Positions 31,051-54,005 of a DNA stretch of 64,000 nt are shown in pieces. The position numbers and the translations under genes were made by a program. The stretch comes from the human T2T-CHM13v2.0 reference genome, Homo sapiens. The notes beneath the pieces are model-generated. The model saw nothing but the letters and a program-made list of their open reading frames with translations, ran no database searches and had not been told where the DNA came from. Position 1 is the stretch's first letter. Every line of letters starts with the position of its first letter. Location: assembly GCF_009914755.1 (NCBI RefSeq), contig NC_060942.1, one strand, 5' to 3'.

Positions 31051-31708
31051 ACTTCCCATGTACCTACCCATTGGTATAAGATTTTGTCATACTTGCATCA
31101 TCTCTCCTTTTCACTACTTTTTTCTGATATTTTAAAATTTTTAGATGCCATTTGTGCATATTTCAGTATGCATCTCCAAAAGTGTGGAAATTTTCTTACA
31201 TAACCACGGTGCTATTAACACAGCTAACGAGCTTAGTGATTCTTTTTTTATTATCTGATACAGTTGTTCATATTGATTTGTGTGAATGGGGGTCTGAGAG
31301 AGGTTTTGTTATGCTGCAGCACCTTTGTTGCGTCTCGTGTGTCAGTGCCTTGTTGAAATACTCTAGGTCAGTCACACTGTAGTTTGTCCCACTATTTGGG
31401 TTTGTCCCTTTGCTTACTCAAGGTGTCATTTCTCTTGTTTCTCTCTCCACATCTCCTTCAAAGCAAAAGTTAGCTGTAAAGTCTTGATTAGATACATATT
31501 CAAGTTCTTTGGTACAATTTTTTTTATGAATTCCCTGCCCTAACATTTAAAAACATGTAACTGACCTATGATGGATTCATATACATCATTTAAAAGTGCT
31601 TTTATTCTATTTCAAGAGAAAAATATTTCTTGCTATTTTTAGGTATCGTTGGGTATTTGGTTGATAAAATAACCTGGTCTCTCAGTTTGTTTTTGTTTTC
31701 TTACACAG

Positions 31709-31761
31709 ACTCACCTATTGATTTTCATTTACAGTCATGGATGAATAATAAGGAACCCAAG
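31709..31761 (+). CDS. CEP192: CEP192 exon 5 (DSPIDFHLQSWMNNKEPK)
   Basis: ttcttacacag| acceptor and AAG|gtaacc donor; 53 nt. Confidence 0.92.
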
Positions 31762-32651
31762 GTAACCTTTTATATATTTGGTATCATTTTCTGGAGTACT
31801 ATAGGGCAGTAAAATTTCATATTTCGCATATATAACTGTTAATATTAGTTAGATGTCATCTACTTTTTTCTAGTAGAGCTCTAACTTATCCAGCTTCAGT
31901 AAAAATGGGAGTTTCTCTCAAGTAATGAGAAGGTTCAGGGGTAGTGCTGGTGCCTGGGACTGTATTCTTGGGCTTGGTGATGTCAGAGCTGAGTCCATCT
32001 GTTTGCTCTGCTTCACTCTGTACAGGCTTCATCTAGAATGTTAGCTCCATGAGGGCAAGCATTTCTTTGTGTGTGTGTGTATGTGTTTCATTGTATCCTG
32101 AGTGCCTGAGTGTCTGGAATGGTTCTCGGCCCTTAGTTGTCACTTAATAATTTGTTAAATGATAGAGAAGCTGTCTCATTTGTTGGCAACACAAGCCTAT
32201 ACTCTTAACACTTGTGATCAGAAAAGAGAAAAAAGACAGGTCTAATGAGCTCCCTTGGCTCTTATGTCCTCCCCTCTGCAAATCACTGTGCCAAGGGGTG
32301 GGTTGGGATGAGCCTGGATCTAATGTCCACTTCTGTGTGTGTGCTTGTGCGTGAGTGTGTATACATGCGCAGATAGAGGAATGCAAGTGACAACCCCACT
32401 GGACCACCTGAAGTATAAAGGATGAGCTCTTTAAAGGAGAGATGCTGAGAAGATAAACAGTTTATGCCCAACATTACCACCAAACCTGGATTTCAGGCAT
32501 GCAGTCATGAATTTATGAGACTTACTTACAAAATATAAACTAAACACTGTTAAAACTTATAAAAAGGAGGTACACCTTTTGTAAGAGTTGTAAAGTTTAT
32601 TTTTATAGAATGAATGCAAAAGGGTCTAAAGTAAAAGTTATTTCCCTGTGC

Positions 32652-32870
32652 CAGCGATTGGCAAACCATAGCTTATGGCCTGCATCCAGTCTGCTGGCTG
32701 TTTTTGTAAAGTTTTATTGGAATACGGTTGTGCCCATTTGTGTATGTTTTGTTTATGGCTGTTATTTGTGCTACAACAGCAGAATTGAGAAGTTGTGACA
32801 GAGATTGTACTGCTCATAAAGCCTGAAGTATTTATTATCTGGCCCTTACACAAAATGTTTGTTGACCCTG
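32652..32870. mobile_element. MER58A-like hAT-Charlie MITE
   Basis: CAG...CTG termini; 8-bp TSD CCCTGTGC/CCCTATGC. Confidence 0.8.
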
Positions 32871-34063
32871 CCCTATGCACTCACCCTGTATGTGACCCCT
32901 AGTAAGTTTCAAGTGCGAGAGATGCTTTGTAGAGGAAGTTAGGTGTAGTGAAGTTGAAATTAATTAATTTTTGAAATTAATAATATAAGGGACCTTAAAA
33001 CTGGAAAGCAACAAAAGTATAGAAACATGAGATGCTTGATTAAAAAGAGGAAGAAATGAGAATAGGGGAAAATAAACGTGTTAGAAAACAGACTGAAGGG
33101 AGCTGCTACTGCGTGTAGGTCTCATCTCATCTGTGGAGCTATGCCACTTTATCAGAATGGAGACATTTTCCAGGGACCAAGCATGGCAGAGTACACAGTG
33201 TTCTCAGTAGCCAACATGACCAAAAAGACAGGGATGTTTTACATATTGTGCTTTCCCATACAGATTTTTTCCCAATTTTTATATTATGAAAACTTTCAAA
33301 GCTCAGAGCTTATATTGCACAGCTGTTAACATTTGCCATATTTTAAGTGATCATCTATTTTAAATAACAGTAGATTATAGTAGTCCTTGATGCCCCTGGT
33401 GCTTAGATATTTGTGAGAATAGCTCAGCACTGTCCTCTCTAAATGTAAAATTGGATTAAGATTCCATGTTTCTGTCTTAAAAATCAGTGCGCATTTTCCA
33501 ATATAATTCCTATGCTGGTGTTATTTACATATATATGTAATATATATGAAATATAATCACACTTAGAGGGAAATGTTACATTTTCATTCTGGGCCTTGAG
33601 TATCATTAAATGGCTGCGTGCCCTTTAGGGTTACATGTTCCCTGGTTGAGGAGCAGAGAAATTGATTTTTCCAATGTAATGGTGCAAACAGTTCCTTAGA
33701 TACAGGCTGCCTGGTCTAGCTTTGCTGTTATCTTCACTTTCTCGTAAGCCTTGTGTTGCTCAAGTTCAGTTATGTATTTGTGTACTTACTATATTACGAG
33801 CCTCTCTGAGCATGTGCACAGTTTGAGGGAAGCCTTAAGTTTTAAGGATGTTCTATTGGGCAGGTCAGGTGAGGGAGGTGGCGTGGGGGAAAGGGAAGTT
33901 ATTAATACATGTACAATTGCTAGCCCTTTATTGCCTAAGCTGTGATTTACAGATACTGAACACAGTGGAGGTTGAGAACATATTTGGTCCTTTTTGTAGC
34001 CTTGTACTATGCTCTTCAGAGCCCTGAATGTGCTTCTCTTACTTGCCATTTTGTTTCTTATAG

Positions 34064-34184
34064 ATTGTTGTGCTTGATGCTGGAAAACATTTTGAAGACA
34101 AGACTCTAAAGAGTGACCTAAGCCACACTAGCTTATTAGAAAATGAGAAACTTATCTTACCGACAAGCTTGGAAGATTCTTCTG
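34064..34184 (+). CDS. CEP192: CEP192 exon 6 (IVVLDAGKHFEDKTLKSDLSHTSLLENEKLILPTSLEDSS)
   Basis: tttcttatag| acceptor and CTG|gtactg donor; 121 nt. Confidence 0.92.
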
Positions 34185-34483
34185 GTACTGCAGAGTAACC
34201 TGTGTTTCCCTGGTCTTCACCTTGCCACTCCACTTTATTCTTCTTTGTTGCAGTAGTTATGATGCCAACTTTTTGGGTTTTTTGTCCTTACCTTTTCTTC
34301 CTACCTGCCAGCACTCAAATGGCCACTTCTATTAAGTGATGGAATTGAAGAATTTATTTCTATATATCTATCCTGATATGATTATACTCATCCTCAGTTT
34401 AACATAGTTAGGGTACAAAGTAGTCACCTGGAGGTGCCCTTCAGTATATAGCATTGTGTTTAGAAATTAGGGGAACCATGAAA

Positions 34484-34780
34484 TTTTTTTTTTTTTTTTG
34501 AGATGGAATCTCGCTTTGTCACCTGGGCTGGAGTGCAGTGGTGTGATCTCGGCTCACCACAACCTCCACCTCCTGGGTTCAAGTGATTCACCTGCCTCAA
34601 CCTCCTGAGTAGCTGGGATTACAGGTGCCCACCACCATGTCTGGCTAATTTTTGGATTTTTAGTAGAGACAGGGTTTCACCATGTTGGCCAGGCTGGTCT
34701 GGAACTCCTGACTTAAAGTGATCTGCCCACCTCGGCCTCCCAAAGTGTTGGGATTACAGGCGTGAGCCATCGCGCCTGGC
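34484..34780 (-). mobile_element. Alu (AluS-like)
   Basis: Antisense Alu; TSD GAACCATGAAAT. Confidence 0.92.
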
Positions 34781-35923
34781 CAGAACCATGAAATATTTGG
34801 CCTCTGCTCTCGGACACCTTAGTCAGGTGCAGAGAAGAGATGCAGAGCCAATTGTCAGATTGGTTTTCATAAACCCAACAGGCCCCAAATGTGCCTGGGA
34901 ATTATAGGGGGTGAGAAATTAACTCTGATTGAGGCAGGTACTGAAGCTTTCTAGAAAAAGGATGGAGCCTGTGCCAGGCCTTAGATATGGGAGGAGGAGG
35001 AGGACATGTCAGGAAGCAGGAACAGCATCAGCAAAGGCCCTGCTGTAAGCACGTGGGTTGTGTTTTGGGAAACAGCCAGGGGTTTTGTGTGGCAAGTTTA
35101 CAGCACCTATAGGAGGCCACACTGGTAAATAAGCCCAGAAAAGTAGACTGGGGCCACATTATGCATGACTTTGAAAGCCAGGCTGATGAGCGGAGTGAGC
35201 ATCACATCCATGGAGAGCAGGTTTTGCTATCAAAGGAGTTTTCAGACTTTTTTGGATTTTGGAATAGTGGATAAATAATCATTGACCTGAATGTATCCAA
35301 TCTTTGATTGCTTTAGTATGCTGGATTCTTGTAGACAGAATTGCTAAGACATAGGTGATGAGTGTTGTTGAGACTCTTAATGTTGATTGCAAAATTGACC
35401 TCTAAAGTGACATTGCCAACTTAGAAGACCATGACTGACTGAGGGGTCATGTTTTATTTTGTGCTTGCTGAGCTGGGTGTTACAGTGTTGAAAACTCCTA
35501 CAGTGGCCTTTCTCCTTCCCTCCCTCCTCCCTCCTTCCTCCCTTTCTTTCTTTTACTTCTCCTGTGATAGGCTCATCTATACTTTTTTGAAAGAGGTAAC
35601 CATTTGCCACACCATTTTCTGGAAAGTCTGCTTTCTTCTCATTGATTTGTGATGCCACATTTATTGTATCCTGACTTTTGATAACATGCCAGGGTCTGTT
35701 TCTGTCCTGTCTTCTCAAAGAGGTTAAATATTTATCTTGTATTAAAATGTTCATAATGGTTTATAATTGACTGAAGTTACAATAGTTTTCTCATGTCAAA
35801 CAAAAAAGACACCAAAATCTTAGTCCATTGACTCATTTATGTCTTATCGGCCTTTTTAATTACAAATTATTGCTTAGTCACTACTTTAAAGCATGTCCTG
35901 TTTTTTCTCGATTTTATCAATAG

Positions 35924-36072
35924 ATGATGATATTGATGATGAAATGTTTTATGATGATCATTTGGAGGCTTATTTTGAACAACTGGCAATTCCAGGAATG
36001 ATATATGAAGACCTAGAAGGACCAGAACCTCCAGAAAAAGGTTTTAAGTTACCTACAAATGGTCTTAGACAG
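35924..36072 (+). CDS. CEP192: CEP192 exon 7 (DDDIDDEMFYDDHLEAYFEQLAIPG...; acidic PLK4-binding segment)
   Basis: ttatcaatag| acceptor and CAG|gtgtgt donor; encodes aa 214-263 by phase count. Confidence 0.95.
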
Positions 36073-37215
36073 GTGTGTTCCAGTCTTTATGATTTTTCAG
36101 AAATTTGACATTAGAAAATTACTATTGGTCTCCTTGGATGTTCACATGAAATGTAAGCCTTTGGACTTTGGACTTTTCTTTGGACTCTGTGTTTCCGAGG
36201 TATGAATTGATAAGAAATGCCTACCCTTTCTTCCTTCTTGGTACCTTTCCCTCACCTACAGAAAATTAAAGGAGTAACACAATGGACATCTACACCCTCT
36301 TCCTCCAGTTAACCAATTGCTAAAGTTTGCCACCTTTGCATTTTCTTTCTCTCTCCATAAATACTTTCTTCTCTGAATCATTTGAAAGTAAGTCACAGAG
36401 AGTATGACATTTCACTCGAATACTTCAGCATTTATCTTTTGTAGATAAGGACATTTTCCTGCATAACCACAATTCTGTTACCTAACTTTGATATAATAAT
36501 TTAAATTACTGTACAGTCCATGTTCACATTTACCCAATAATCCCCAGAATATCCTTTATTCTTACTATTTTTTATCTACAATTTAATCAAAGATTAACCT
36601 TGCCTTTGGTTGTCCTGTCTCTTTATTCTCTTTTAATTTGGAGTAGTTCTTTCATGACGTGATCTATTTTGCAAAATCTAGGCCCTTTGTTTTGTAGAGT
36701 GAACTGTAATCTAGTCAGGAGGGAAAAATAACCATAATCTGTTTTCTCTCCTGACTAGATTAGATTAAACGTTTTGGCAAGAATACAGATTAAACAGTTT
36801 CTCATGAATGGATTCATAGTAAACCAAGCAGTGTTGTGTACTTCTCATTGCCCTACACCGGGAGACGTTTATCTCTCCCACAATTGGTGATACTGTTTTT
36901 GATAATTTTGGCTAAGGTGATGTCAGCTGGATGTCTCCTTGTGAAGGTAGCTTTTCCCCTTCGTTATTAATAAGTCATCTGTGGGATGAGATATCAGCCC
37001 TTTGATCATCTTATTCCCCGGCAACTCTTCACTAGCTGGTTTCAGTGTCCTTGCTGACTCTTGGAAATATTGATTACTCTCGTGGTGACAATGGCGATTT
37101 TTCTAATTCCTTCTACACTTATTTTCTGGCATCCTTCAGTAAAGCCACATTTTCTCCCTCAAAATATTTCATTTTAATTTAAAAGATTAATACAGCTAAG
37201 ATATTCTTTCAACAG

Positions 37216-37351
37216 GCAAATGAAAACGGTAGCTTAAACTGCAAGTTTCAATCAGAAAATAACAGCTCTCTGATTTCCCTCGACTCACACTCTTCTGAAA
37301 CAACTCACAAAGAGTCTGAGGAAAGCCAAGTTATTTGTCTACCTGGGACTA
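37216..37351 (+). CDS. CEP192: CEP192 exon 8 (ANENGSLNCKFQSENN...VICLPGT)
   Basis: ctttcaacag| acceptor and CTA|gtaagt donor; 136 nt. Confidence 0.92.
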
Positions 37352-37817
37352 GTAAGTATAGAAATATGATTCTTTTGTTCTTAAGTTCTAGTTTTGACTT
37401 TACTTTTTTTAAAAAAAAAATATTTCTCTGGTATGATTTAGCATATATTAACTCTTCTAGTCCCTCAGGTCTTTAGACAGTCTAAAACTTTTCAAAAGAG
37501 CTTTTAATAATAGCTGAGTAAATTAGTGTTACTAGAAATACCGTAGTATATATTTCTTGGATTGAATATTACAAATAATTGTATTCTATCCAGACATTGA
37601 TAATTAAATATGAATTCTTTGGGTATGGTAGCAGTTTATCATGTTTATTATTGCCTCTTACTGTTGCTTATTTTCTCTCTACGAAAATGGCTAAATTTGT
37701 CATAGGAGTGCTAAGTATTAGGGTTACATAAAATAATTTGACTGGCAAGAATCAGTTATTATGTTAGATTACTCAGATTTGATGTGGCTCCTTTAACATT
37801 TTTCTTTATTTTTTCAG

Positions 37818-37942
37818 GTAATTCTATAGGTACTGGAGATAGTAGAAGGTACACAGATGGTATGTTACCATTTTCCTCTGGTACTTGGGGAACTGAGAAA
37901 GAAATAGAAAATTTGAAGGGTATTGTTCCAGATCTTAACAGT
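37818..37942 (+). CDS. CEP192: CEP192 exon 9 (SNSIGTGDSRRYTDGMLPF...IVPDLNS)
   Basis: ttttttcag| acceptor and AGT|gtaagt donor; 125 nt. Confidence 0.93.
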
Positions 37943-38499
37943 GTAAGTTATGCATTTTTCTTAGATTTCCTATAAAAAAAGGAATAAGGGGTCTTTTGTG
38001 TTTATATGATATCAGTTTTTTTCAAAGAAACAGTAACTGTTGACTTCTGAAAAATACAGAAAAAGTACTCACTACTGATAATTTTTCGATATGTTTATAA
38101 GTATCATACAATTATATACATTTTCTTGCATTTAAATATTTATTGACTTGCATTTAGATTAGTCATTTGGAAAGTTCTTTAGCCCAGTGTCCAGTCATTA
38201 CATGAAAAAGCAAACGGATCTTTTACCTTGCTCAAACATGTTTGTTTTTCATTGTTTCAGTTTTTTCTGTTTGTTAATAGTACCCCGTTTCTCCTGTGCC
38301 TGAAGCTTGGTAGTCATTTCTGACTCATACCTATTCATTATGCCCTTTTTAAATAGTGTTATTATAGTTTTATAAACTGTGATTTGAATTTTGCATGTAG
38401 GTTAATTTTTTCTCACTTAGACCCACTTGTCCAGTACTGATTAAAATAATGCTTGCTTTTTTGCTTTATTCTGTGCATCTCTATTTTGTACATGTTAAA

Positions 38500-46450
<7,951 letters not shown>

Positions 46451-46675
46451 TAACTGCCTTCTTTGTTCAAGATTAAGTTGCTTTATGGATGAGACAGCCA
46501 GTTTTCCACATTATGTTTCTTTTTAATCTTTGCAAGTGTTGTATATGAAAAGCAGTTATCTTGTTTTATTTGACTTTTTTTTTTCTATTGGGGTATTTGT
46601 ATTTTAACTTAATTTTGTAAGGTTTTTATGTTATGGAAATATATTGATCTTTATATGTTTTAGGCTTTAATGTGT

Positions 46676-47130
46676 GTATGAGCTTCCTAGGTTGCCAGAG
46701 CAAATTACCACAGGCATGCCTAAAACAACAGAAATTTATTTCCTCACAGTTATGGAGGCCAAAAGTCTGAAATCAAGGTGTTAGCAGGGTGATTCTCCCT
46801 CCTAAGGCTCTTAGAGGAGAATCCTTCCTGGTTCTCCCGGCTTCTGCTGGCTCCTGGTGTTCCTTGGCTTGTAGCAGCAGCACTCACATCTCTCTCTGTG
46901 TGTTCACGTGGCCTTGTCCTCTGTGTCTTTGTCTAAAATTTTCTTCTCTTGTCTGTGATACAGACATTGGTCATTGTGATTAGGGTCCCTAAATCCAGGA
47001 TGGTCTTATCTCAAGATCCTTAAGTTAATTACATCCGTAAAGACCTTGTTTCAGAATAATATCGCAATTTATAGTTACCAGGCTTAGGACTTGGATATAT
47101 CTTTTTGAGGGGAAACAATTCAAGACATCA
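46676..47130 (-). mobile_element. MLT1-type MaLR LTR
   Basis: AAACAACAGAAATTTATT...CACAGTT.TGGAGGCCA.AAGTCTGAAATCAAGGTGTTAGCAGG motif. Confidence 0.8.
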
Positions 47131-47241
47131 GAGTGTTACACTTAGAAGATGTTATCCACTGAAGAATATAAGACAATCATCTGTATTTTTTCCTAGTACT
47201 CTTATATCTAAATCTTTAAGTCATCTGGAATTTATTTTGAT

Positions 47242-47556
<315 letters not shown>

Positions 47557-48398
47557 TGATGTTTATTTTTATATAATAATGTTGGCAAAGCACCCAGTTA
47601 ATAAATGGTGGCACTAGGATTTGAACCTATGTCTTTCTTATTCGAAAGTTATCATTTATTTAGAACGACCTCCTTTTAGTGTTGTAACTTTCAGAAACTG
47701 TGCCTTACCAGGTTGTTCTTATTGCTTGTCTTACTATAGCAGAAAGGACTGCTGTTAATAAGTTTCATTGGCATGTGATACCATGGTGGCAGCCAAATGT
47801 CCACTAACAGTACTGAAGACACTTGAGCCCCTTTTCAGCAGTTGTTATTTTAGGAAGGAATAAGAAGTGCCACTTGGAAAAATGTTTTGGAGAGCATAGT
47901 TTGAAGGCACTGGATTAATTTGCTGTGTCTGATACAAATTTTACTGGACTGGCCAGGGCCATTTGTAGTATAAACTGCCTTACTCCTATTAAAAGATATT
48001 AATATCTAGGGCTGTTTATCCATATTAATTTTATGAGGCTAGTCACACTAATAGGCTTACCATGTTTGTGGAGACTTTTATTGGTAATGATAAAAGTTGG
48101 GCTGACAACATTTCTATCATCCTGTAATGTAATGCACACACAGAGCTCACTTTTGGTATGTAAATCTCTTGATGTGTTTCCTATGACCACATCACAAAGT
48201 CTGGTTTTGGTAAGTTGCTTATCATTGGTTCATATATTCACATATAGTCTAGAATACAGCGAATACTGTGTGTTCTCTTCTTTCATATAATAAACATTTT
48301 ATATCAACTATATAATTTTTCCCATAAATTTTAAAATAAGTTATAAAAAACAAGACTTACTGTTGCTCTGTTAAAAAATCTGATTTTTTGTTTTAAAG

Positions 48399-48738
48399 GA
48401 ATGTGCAAGTAAAGATGTTCTGGTGAAGACCCTCAGGGCTATTGATGTGAAACTTAACTCTGATAATTTTCATGATGCAAATGCCAATAGAGGTGGTTTT
48501 GATCTGACTGACCCTGTAAAACAGGGGGCAGAGTGTCCTCACCAAAATAAGACAGTTTTGCACATGGATGGATGTTTAGACACTGAGACTCCTACGGTGT
48601 CCATTCAAGAAAATGTGGATGTAGCCTCTTTGAAGCCCATTAGTGACAGTGGAATTAATTTCACTGATGCCATTTGGTCACCAACTTGTGAAAGGCGAAC
48701 ATGTGAATGTCACGAGTCCATCGAAAAGAATAAAGACA
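48399..48738 (+). CDS. CEP192: CEP192 exon 10 (ECASKDVLVKTLRAIDVKL...ESIEKNKD)
   Basis: ttgttttaaag| acceptor and ACA|gtaagt donor; 340 nt open. Confidence 0.95.
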
Positions 48739-49200
48739 GTAAGTGGACTTTTTAAAAAATAGAGTGAAAGAAATAGATGTTCATACATTTTGAATAGGAC
48801 ATATTTTCATGTGAAATGTGCCAGTCTTTCCTGTTGAAATATTTTAGTGTTTTATAGTTTAAACAAAATTTTAAATCTACTTGTACAGGGAGGATTGCTC
48901 AGAAATGGTATCTTTTCTCACAGATCTAGTGAAAATGTACCTTTCTAGCTAACTCTTAGCATTCTTTCTTTATTCCTCATTCTCCATTATAGACTTTTTT
49001 GTGAGTAAGGCTGGCTTGCTTTCTATCAAAGAGATACTTTTCTTTTGGGGAAATGGGTTTTCCTTTTTCTAACTAGCTTTGGCAAACTTCAGTACTGTTG
49101 ATAACTAAGGTAGTCATCTGAATTTAAAAAAAATTGAGAATGTTTTGTCATTTTAGTTGTTACATGTGTCATTTGATATTTTGGGAATTTTATTTTTTAG

Positions 49201-49344
49201 AAACAGATCTCCCACAGAGTGTGGTCTATCAAAATGAAGAGGGTAGGTGGGTCACAGACCTTGCCTATTACACATCTTTTAATAGCAAACAAAATTTAAA
49301 TGTGTCTCTAAGTGATGAGATGAATGAAGACTTCAGATCTGGTT
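49201..49344 (+). CDS. CEP192: CEP192 exon 11 (KTDLPQSVVYQNEEGRWVTDLAYYTSF...EDFRSG; first part of the Aurora-A-binding region)
   Basis: tattttttag| acceptor and GTT|gtaagt donor; 144 nt. Confidence 0.95.
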
Positions 49345-49873
49345 GTAAGTATATGGATAAACATTTATTATAACATTTTCACTGTTTCTGATCTTTCTAA
49401 GATTACTGTGTATATGTTGGTCAGCCACATCAGATCCCTTCTGGACTATCACTGTATTCTGGAAGCACTTCACTTGTTTTTATAGGACCCAAGGTTTTAG
49501 TTAGCCAGTCTTAATCATTGTAGAATGAGCCAAGCCATTTCCTTAAGCAAAGCCAATGAGTGAGAATAGCATTTGTATACTACCGTGTAGACCCCATAGT
49601 ATTGCAGGGCTGGAAGGGACTTTAGGTTTTGCTTGTCCCTTTAAAATTTGTGACCTGAGCAAAGGAAATGTCCTGATAAATCAGCAGTTACAAAAACCAG
49701 TCCATGAAAGGTAGAAAGTGTGGTAGAAATGATGGAAGAAAAGTAACCAAAAATACAGTGAAATCTCAAGGGATAAAAGCGTGAAAAGAAACAGGTTGTT
49801 GATTAGCATCATCCCCGACAGTGAATATAGAAACTGGTTTAGGTCTACACAATGCCAGGTCACGAGATTTTGA

Positions 49874-50282
<409 letters not shown>

Positions 50283-51249
50283 ACCTGGCCTTATTGTTAA
50301 TAGGCTTGCGCCAGAGGAAGAAGTTATCCCATCTACTGCTTGTGCTAAGCTTCTTTAAGAAAGTCTTGTAATGTGGAATTACAGCAATAAATTAGGTAGT
50401 ATGCCAGTCCTTAAGAAACTGTTTATCAGCCCAGAATGATGAGACAAGAATGCAGTACACAGTCATCGGCATCATGAGAAACTCAAACCAAAAGCACTGG
50501 AATTTAGAGAAGAAACAAATGTTGCACGAGTAGGTAGCAAAAGAATTTCACATAGGAAGCCACTTTTGAGGTAGAGTTTTCACAGGTAATCCTTTGGGGG
50601 CATGAGAAATTTCAAATGGAGAGAAAGCCCAGTTGGAAAGGAATGAGATGGTGAAGTGTGGGCATGTTTGAGAAGGTGCATGGTCCAGTGTGGCCAGCCT
50701 TTATGGCAGGATAAAGGGAGAGTGGCCGGAGGCTAGGAGGTGAAGCTGGAGAGGTCATTAGGGCCAGGGAGTGGATTGAGTTTTGACCACCATGCCCAAG
50801 ATTGAGGCTTGTCTGGAAAGCGTCAGGACTCGTTGCTTGTGGAACTTGCTTGGTGAATCTTCTCCTGGTAGTTAGGGTTGTTTGGGATAGTTCTTAGGAT
50901 GTTGTAGAAATCTAGATGTCCCAGTGAAAATGAAGAGAGTAGCTAGTGAAAGACGTAGAAGTAAAATGGTTAGGATTTGATGGCTGGATTTCAGGGGATA
51001 GTAGAGAGGCAGGAAGAGAGGAGGGTCTGTGGTCTGAGTTACTTGGGGCAATGGCGATACCATTACCTGAGGCGGGGAGTCAGAAGAAAGTGTAGATTTT
51101 GGGTGATTGTGGTTTGAGGCAGAAGTAGTCATTAGTGGAAATAGGGGTCAGAAGTGTGAAGCTGAGTTGCGGTTAGGACTTGCTCAATGATATCTTGATC
51201 TAAAAATGATGATGCAGACCGAATGGTGGATATTTATCACTTAAAAGAT

Positions 51250-52600
51250 CATGGAATTCTCATGTGTTGCTGGTGGGAGTGTAAATTGGTACAGCCATTT
51301 TGGAAACCTGTTTGGCAGTGTCTTGTAAGGGTGAACTTTATGAACTTCATACTTAATGACCTAATAATTGTACACCTGAGTACATATGCAGCAGAATAGG
51401 GCGTATGTATTCACCAAAAGACATACTAAAATGTTTATAGCAGCACTAGTTGTATCAGCCCCAAATTCTCAAATTCCCATTAGCAGTGGAAGTTTCCAAG
51501 TCACTGCAGAATCACCCTCCCCTCCCTCAGCCATAGAATGGATTATGTTTATTCATACCCTGGAATATTAGGTTGCAATGAGAATGAGTGATGTGAAGTT
51601 ACATGCAACAACATGGATGAATCTCAGGAACATGTGGAATGACGTAAAGCTGACTAAGAACACACACTCTATAGTTCTATTTGTATACAGCTGGGCAATG
51701 CACTCCTGCAGAGCCAGCCACAGGGCAGTGGCTACATGTGGATGGGCAGGTAGCATGGGAAGCAGGCTCGGGTGGTTTGGGTACTGGCAGTATTATGCTT
51801 CTTAATCTGTGCTGTTGGCTATGCAGATGTGTTCAGATTGTGAAAATTCCTTGAGCTGTACACTTCACCTCTCTATCGTAAAAAGTTTTTAAAAATTAGC
51901 AAACTGAGAATAAAAGATTTGCAATTCATATTACAGGTTTAAAGCCCATTCCCCTAATATATAAACAGTTCCAATAAACAATAAGAAAAAGACCAACTAC
52001 CCCAAAATTGGAAACAATTTATAGAAAAAGAAATAAAAACGATCGTTAAATGTACAACAAAAAATGTTCATTTTTAATCATGGAAAGAAATGCAGTGTAA
52101 ATCCACCCAGTCATAGTATTTTTCAGTTATTTCCTTGGTAGTGATCCAAAAGTTTGGTGATAAAACTGTCTTAGCAAAGATGTGAGGGACACAGGTATGC
52201 TAGTCCATTCTTGGCACCGCGTCTACCTATAATGACATTGCAGCATCTAGCAAAGTTACGCATGTACTATCCTGTAACCGAGCAGTTCTGCTTCTGGGAA
52301 TTTATTCTTCAGATACACTTGCATAAATGATACATGGTGTATGTGCAGGCTCATTACTTGCAGCATTGTCTGTGATAACAACGTTAGAAGCAATGTAGAT
52401 GGACAAAATAGGGTATAAATTAAGGTGCATCCATACAAGGAGGTACCCTGTGGCTATACAGAATGGTAAAGGAGCTCTTTAGTTACTCAAATGGAATGAT
52501 CACTGGAATAAATTAAAGATAAAGTCCACCTCAAAGCACATAAAGTATTCTAACATTTGTGTAGAAAGGTAGGAGAGGGGAGGATGTACATACAGATATT
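51250..52600 (+). mobile_element. Old L1 (L1M) 3' fragments
   Basis: GTTGCTGGTGGGAGTGTAAATTGGTACAGCCATTTTGGAAA; CATGCAACAACATGGATGAATCTC. Confidence 0.7.
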
Positions 52601-53261
52601 TGTAAATACATACAATGGAAAGATAAAACAAGATACTGACTACAGGAATGTCTAGTTACTTGAACTCAGAAATCAAAAATTCAGATAGACATTTCAGAAA
52701 TATTTTAGCTGTTGGTTGCTTCTGGGGGTGTGGGAAACTAGGGTCAGGGATGGGGAGATAGTTTTCAGTATATACCCTTGTAAGTCTTTGGTTAACTTTG
52801 AAAAGCTCTTTATTGTGGTGTCATAAATACACCTTTTAAATTTGAATTATTAGATGTATTACTATTAAAAAATAAAAAATGATAACGGAAAGATTGAATG
52901 AAACCATCCTTGTGCTTAGGGAATGAATACTAGTCTGGTTGGAAAGGATGACTAGCATGGGTGGGGAGGAAAGGGAAACGGGGAGATGGAAAGCTATTAA
53001 AAAGGTTGGTGGACAGAAAACCTGATGGGTGCTGGGAAGGATGGACTAGATCCAGGGAAATAGGGGTGGAGGTAGCATTAATGAAATGGGAGCCTTTTTA
53101 CTGAAAAGGAGAAAGGAACTTTAAAAATGTAATAAAAGGAGATATTCAGAAAAGGAAGGTTGGAAAAAAGGGTGTAATCTTGTAACGTCCAAGTCATTTT
53201 AAATGAAAATTTGCCTACTTATAAACTTTATTCAGAACAGTTCCTTAAGAGAGCCTGCCTC

Positions 53262-53574
53262 GGCCGGGCGCAGTGGCTTACGCCTGTAATCCCAGCACTT
53301 TGGGAGGCCAAGGTGGGTGGATCACCAGGTCAGGAGATCGAGACCATCCTGGCTAACATGGTGAAACCCTGTCTCTACTAAAAAAAAAAAAAATACAAAA
53401 AATTAGCTGGGTGTGGTGGTGGGCACCTGTAGTCCCAGCTACTCAGGAGGGGGCTGAGGCAGGAGAATGGCGTGAACCCAGAAGGCAGAGCTTGCAGTGA
53501 GCCGAGATTGCACCACTGCCCTCCAGACTAGGCGACAGAGCAAAACTCTGTCTCATAAAAAAAAAAAAAAAAAA
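53262..53574 (+). mobile_element. AluY
   Basis: GGAGATCGAGACCATCCTGGCTAAC, GAATGGCGTGAACCC and GAGCTTGCAG diagnostics; TSD AGCCTGCCTC. Confidence 0.92.
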
Positions 53575-54005
53575 GCCTGCCTCCTCTTCTTCCCCATGCC
53601 TGCCTTCCTCCTTGCCGACAGCTCAGCTCCATCTATTCAAGGTGCTGCATTGCTGCCGCTTATGACCTGAGAGTTCGACAGTGGGGGAAACACAAATGGG
53701 CTGCTTCCACGTTTGGCCTCGGAAGCATTCAGTACAAGAGGATTGTTGTTTTAGGTATGCCAAAGAATTGGCATAGATTCTCATAAAAAGTGAAGTTCTG
53801 CTTTCTTATTGGCTGTGATTGATTTCTGATGAGTAGACAAGATAACAGTGTTAATATAGATGTTTCTTTGATGAATCCCTTATAGTTCAGAGAAAAAGCA
53901 TTTAGGAATATAATAAATCCTATTTTGAGCTGTTCGGTCAATTATTTAAAAACCAGGTGATATTTAACTCCTCAAAGTAAATTAAGTTTCTTTTGGGTTA
54001 CCTTC

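Noticed and set aside
33525-33540. 16-bp palindrome TTACATATATATGTAA
   Set aside because: Core is a TA microsatellite, which is trivially self-complementary
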